NCBI GenBank assembly: GCA_963727445.1
Contig: CAVSGI010000020.1
Span: 96,001 to 160,000, forward strand
From: an uncultured delta proteobacterium
Lineage (GTDB): Bacteria; Myxococcota_A; Polyangia; Polyangiales; B10-G4
Direction of reading: 5' to 3'
Length of the DNA: 64,000 bases
The position numbers were made by a program, and so were the translations under genes. Every line of letters begins with the position of its first letter. The stretch's first letter is position 1. The notes under the pieces are model-generated. The model had not been told where the DNA came from. It saw only the letters and a list, made by a program, of their open reading frames with translations, and made no database searches. This document shows, one piece after another, positions 60,651 through 64,000 of this stretch.

Positions 60651-61568
60651 TCAGGGCAGCATGATTCTGCCAGGCGCCATCATCGCTCCGTCGACCGTGT
60701 GGCAGCCGTTGCAGTCCCCATCGGTCTGCGGCGTGGTCATCGCGCGGGAACGTCCCTCGAAGAGGACGCGGGCGGTGTAGGGCATCACGATCGTCGCGGC
60801 CCAGGTCTCGACGAGGAAGTTGCCACGCTCGTTCACCGGTATGCGCGTCACGGTACCCATGGCGTCCGTGATCTCCACCGTAGCCCCGGTCGCGGCGAGC
60901 GTCGCGCATCGATCGGGCTCGTGCGCCGTCGGATAGACCGTGCCGCCGATCGCGAGTGAAGGCCCTTCACGTTCGCGCGTATGGCACGAGATGCACGCGC
61001 CTCCCGGTTCCATGAGCGGGCTCTCTCCACCGCCGCTGACCATCATGCCGCTCGTGCAGGTGAGCGGGGTGTCGTAGGGGTCCGGCACCGCCGGCATCTC
61101 GGTCGGCGGTGGCAGTGCGCTGCAGTCGGCCGCGGGCATTCCGCCTGCGATCCAGTCGCTGAAGATGGCGACGCTCGGAGCCGGCACCCGAGCGTAGGGC
61201 GCAGGCGGCATCGGCGACGCGTCGAGCTGGATGCGAGCGAGCGCGCGTTCTGCCACGGTCGCCGACGGGTCGGCGGGCGACGGGGCGGTCAGATCCTCGT
61301 GCGTCACCAGTGACAGCGGAACGCCGCTCAGGGGGACGCTTCCATGGCAGCCGCGGCAGCTCGACGCGAGGATGGCGTCGACCCCGCACCAGCCATCCGT
61401 CGAGGGCGTCGCGGGCGGGCTCGTCGGCCCGGTCCCCGGCGGGGGCACGCCCCCGCCGTCGGACTCCGCGAATCCCGACCCGGGGGGCCCGCTCATCTCG
61501 GCCGCGTCGTAGATCGTGCCGTCCGCACACGCAGCGAGGAGGAGCAACAGTGCAAGCGACGACCGCAT
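60651..61568 (-). CDS. Tri-heme cytochrome c lipoprotein
   Basis: LLLAA-C lipobox; CRGCH, CISCH, CNGCH; MPP candidate axial ligand. Confidence 0.85.
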   Translation of the reverse strand: MRSSLALLLLLAACADGTIYDAAEMSGPPGSGFAESDGGGVPPPGTGPTSPPATPSTDGWCGVDAILASSCRGCHGSVPLSGVPLSLVTHEDLTAPSPADPSATVAERALARIQLDASPMPPAPYARVPAPSVAIFSDWIAGGMPAADCSALPPPTEMPAVPDPYDTPLTCTSGMMVSGGGESPLMEPGGACISCHTREREGPSLAIGGTVYPTAHEPDRCATLAATGATVEITDAMGTVTRIPVNERGNFLVETWAATIVMPYTARVLFEGRSRAMTTPQTDGDCNGCHTVDGAMMAPGRIMLP

Positions 61569-61821
61569 GACGGGCTAGACAAGCAATCTGCGATCCCGCC
61601 CGTTCTCGCCATGATTCCGCGCTCGCCGACGTACGACGGACGTACACCGGGCGAAAAGAGGCGTCCTGCGTTGCCGATTGGCCGCTCAGAAGTCGTCGCC
61701 GACGCGACCGTCGACGGCCGGTTCCCCTACCGTGAACGCGTTCGGCTACGATACCCGTCCGTGGTTCATCGATTGTCGTGTGCGACGTCGCTGCTGGCGG
61801 CGGGCCACCCGGAGGCTCTGC

Positions 61822-62821
61822 GTGCGCTCGTGGGCTGAGGCGCTGATGGTGCTCGCGCTGGTCGCGGGCTGTGGCCGCGTCGGCTTCGACGGCATGGGGA
61901 CGCGGGACGCTACGCCCCGGGATGGCAGCGTGACCGACACCGGCGTGGCGCCCAGCGACGGATTGATACCCGACGGAAACCCGAGGGGCGACGGAGGAGT
62001 CAGCGACGGGGGTTTGCTCGACGCCGAACTCGATGGGGGCTCGGTGGATGCGGGGCCGCCGCCGCGGGGGCCCTTCGGCCTGCCCAACCTGGTCGCCGGG
62101 ATTGAGAGCGTCGTCACTCAGGACGACCCGACGCTCAGCGCCGATGAGCTGCTCATCATCTATCAGAGCGGTCCCGATTCTCTGGGGCGCGGAGCGGGGC
62201 GGAGTGGCGGACCCCTTTGGGACGCCAACGCGCATCGACGAGCTCTCCAGCAGCTTCGGAGAGACGACACCGGAGCTCGCGCCCGACGGGCTGACGATTA
62301 CTTCTGTCGCGACGTCGGCGATGGAAACCAGATGGACGTCTACGTGAGCAGCCGCGGGTCTCGCACCGAGGTGTGGGGCGCCCCGACGAGGGTGGCCATG
62401 CTCTCGACAACGCTCCCCGAGGTGGCCGCCACACCCATCACCGGGCCGGACGATTCTGCTCTTCGTTCGCAACTTCACCGGCATGACGGTCGAAGACGTC
62501 TGGCGGGCCACTCGATCCCCGACTGACATCTGGACGACCAGTCCCCTCTCCGCGAGCATCAACACCGAAGTCGTCGACACGGCGCCCTTCGTCACGGCGA
62601 GCGGTCAGCTGTACGTGGCGACCACACGCGGCGCGCCGACCCGTGAGTTGTGGCGCGCCGACCTCGCTCCCGGGGGAGGCTGGATGGTCCCGACCCCCAT
62701 CACCGAGCTCAACGTCGCCGGCGCGAACGTCAGCGACGCGTGGGTCTCCCCCGATGAGCATCGCATCTACTTCGTGAGCGACGAGACCGGACGCGACCAG
62801 ATCTACGTGGCGGAGCGCTGA
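61822..62821 (+). CDS. PD40/TolB-like beta-propeller lipoprotein with three single-base frameshifts
   Basis: LVAG-CGRVGFD; DPTLSADEL, TPELAPDGL, WVSPDEHRIYFVS; frame switches near 62180, 62298 and 62435. Confidence 0.75.
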
Positions 62822-62908
62822 GTCTCGGGGCTGTCGAAGATGATGTGAATGCGTCGCGGTCATCCGCTCGACCTGTGGTGGGGGTGCACAGCGAGCCGCT
62901 CTACGACC

Positions 62909-63349
62909 TCACGCCGCCCGGTAGGGGCCGCCTGGCTTGCGGTGCTCGTCGAGCATCAGCGCGAGGCCGAGAAGGAGAGCAGCGGATTCGTCGTCGGCGA
63001 GGAGGATCCTTCGACCGTCGTCGAGGACCGCGCGGGCGCCGAGCGCGCCGTACTCGAGAGTGACGAAGTCCCTGGCATCGATGCTGATCGCTTGGTGGAG
63101 ACGGCGCAGGGTGATGCGACCGTTGACGGGACGCTCGGCGTGCCAGCGGAGGCGGTAGGGAAGCTGCTCGACTGCCAGTCGGAGAAGGAGCGTCGTACCG
63201 ACCAGGAGCCCGAAGGTGACGGGCGAATACAGGTCGAGCTCGAGCGGGAAGAGGAGGTGTGCCGCGGCGAACGGCACGAAGATCCCGAGCGCGACGAAGA
63301 AGTGCACGTCGGTGGGGAGGGGCTTGGGGTCGTCGGGGTTCGGGTTCAC
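62909..63349 (-). CDS. Small membrane protein with 2 TM helices
   Basis: Hydrophobic N-terminal half; ends PYRAA; GTGA overlap with the upstream gene. Confidence 0.65.
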   Translation of the reverse strand: MNPNPDDPKPLPTDVHFFVALGIFVPFAAAHLLFPLELDLYSPVTFGLLVGTTLLLRLAVEQLPYRLRWHAERPVNGRITLRRLHQAISIDARDFVTLEYGALGARAVLDDGRRILLADDESAALLLGLALMLDEHRKPGGPYRAA

Positions 63350-63957
63350 AGGCCGATCTCCTGCGCCAGCTCGCGGCGATCCTCGATGTGAGCCTCGACG
63401 GCGTGGTGGATCGCGAGGCCCAGGACCAGGCCGCCCGTCTCGATAGCCGCCCCAGCGCTGGCGGTCGCCGCGAAATGATGCCCAACGGCGTGGGAGACCT
63501 CGTAGACCGACATGCCGGCGTCAGCGGCGACGACCCCTTGATGGGCGGCCTCACCGAGCGGCCGGACGCCTTCGATCGCGTCATCGAGGAGCGAGCCCTC
63601 CGGCGCGCGGCTCACCCCGAGACTGCAGAGCACGCGGCGCGTGGTCTCTGGGAAGTCGCTTGCCTCCCAGGTGTTGCCGATGAGGTGCTCGTGGAAGGTG
63701 CGGAGCGACTGCACCATCTGGTCGATTTCGCCTTCGAGGCGATCCGCGTCGCCGGGCTCACCGAAGACACCCAGCGACTGCGCGAGCCGATACTCGGGTG
63801 TGCCGGGCTCGGCACCACGCAGCGATTCGGTGATCGCCGCCGGGTCCATGGTGTCGATCTGGCGGATCAGGTCCTCGACGGCGAGCTTCGCTTCGTTTCG
63901 AACCATCTCGCGAAAGGCGGCCTTCACGCGATCGGCGGCGCGCCCGACGGCGCGCAT
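63346..63957 (-). CDS. Hypothetical helical protein
   Basis: ATG ORF with coding-like composition and a His/Gly/Ala-rich C-terminal region. Confidence 0.65.
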   Translation of the reverse strand: MRAVGRAADRVKAAFREMVRNEAKLAVEDLIRQIDTMDPAAITESLRGAEPGTPEYRLAQSLGVFGEPGDADRLEGEIDQMVQSLRTFHEHLIGNTWEASDFPETTRRVLCSLGVSRAPEGSLLDDAIEGVRPLGEAAHQGVVAADAGMSVYEVSHAVGHHFAATASAGAAIETGGLVLGLAIHHAVEAHIEDRRELAQEIGL

Positions 63958-64000
63958 GGTGGCGAAATAGTTTCCGCCGAGCCGATCGACCAGCCCGGTG

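Overview
High-GC (about 70% by eye) bacterial DNA whose gene content points to a myxobacterium, probably Polyangiales/Sandaracinaceae-like. That taxonomic call is inferred from Cys-rich lipoproteins with D(A/S)G linkers, Ser/Thr kinases, RCC1 proteins and sigma-54 promoters. Bases 1-17.4 kb are an accessory hotspot of orphan lipoproteins mixed with mobile-element remnants: a DUF222/HNH gene, IS66, an ISNCY/IS1202-like end, IS21, IS91 and a RAYT-like Y1 (HUH) transposase. The RAYT-like gene is flanked by inverted 17-20 bp repeats, has a stuttered downstream repeat array, and has a second 127-bp fragment elsewhere. Two further repeat families occur here: 61-bp inverted repeats bracketing a 3.6-kb cargo block, and a 50-bp direct repeat. 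Bases 17.4-44.3 kb look like core genome: a DUF58-transglutaminase-MoxR-TPR operon, a lysozyme-like Cys-rich lipoprotein, MscS-cNMP, zwf-pgl-gnd-ppgK, a REPIN-like hairpin, DUF362/GntR/C45 peptidase/DmpA, and a USP-like, NhaD/ArsB-like, GT-C-like operon. Bases 44.4-64 kb hold modular surface lipoproteins that share N-terminal motifs, a Ser/Thr kinase, a TPR protein and a tri-heme cytochrome c. Several single-base frameshifts in otherwise intact genes suggest sequencing indel errors. No rRNA, tRNA or CRISPR array was recognised.
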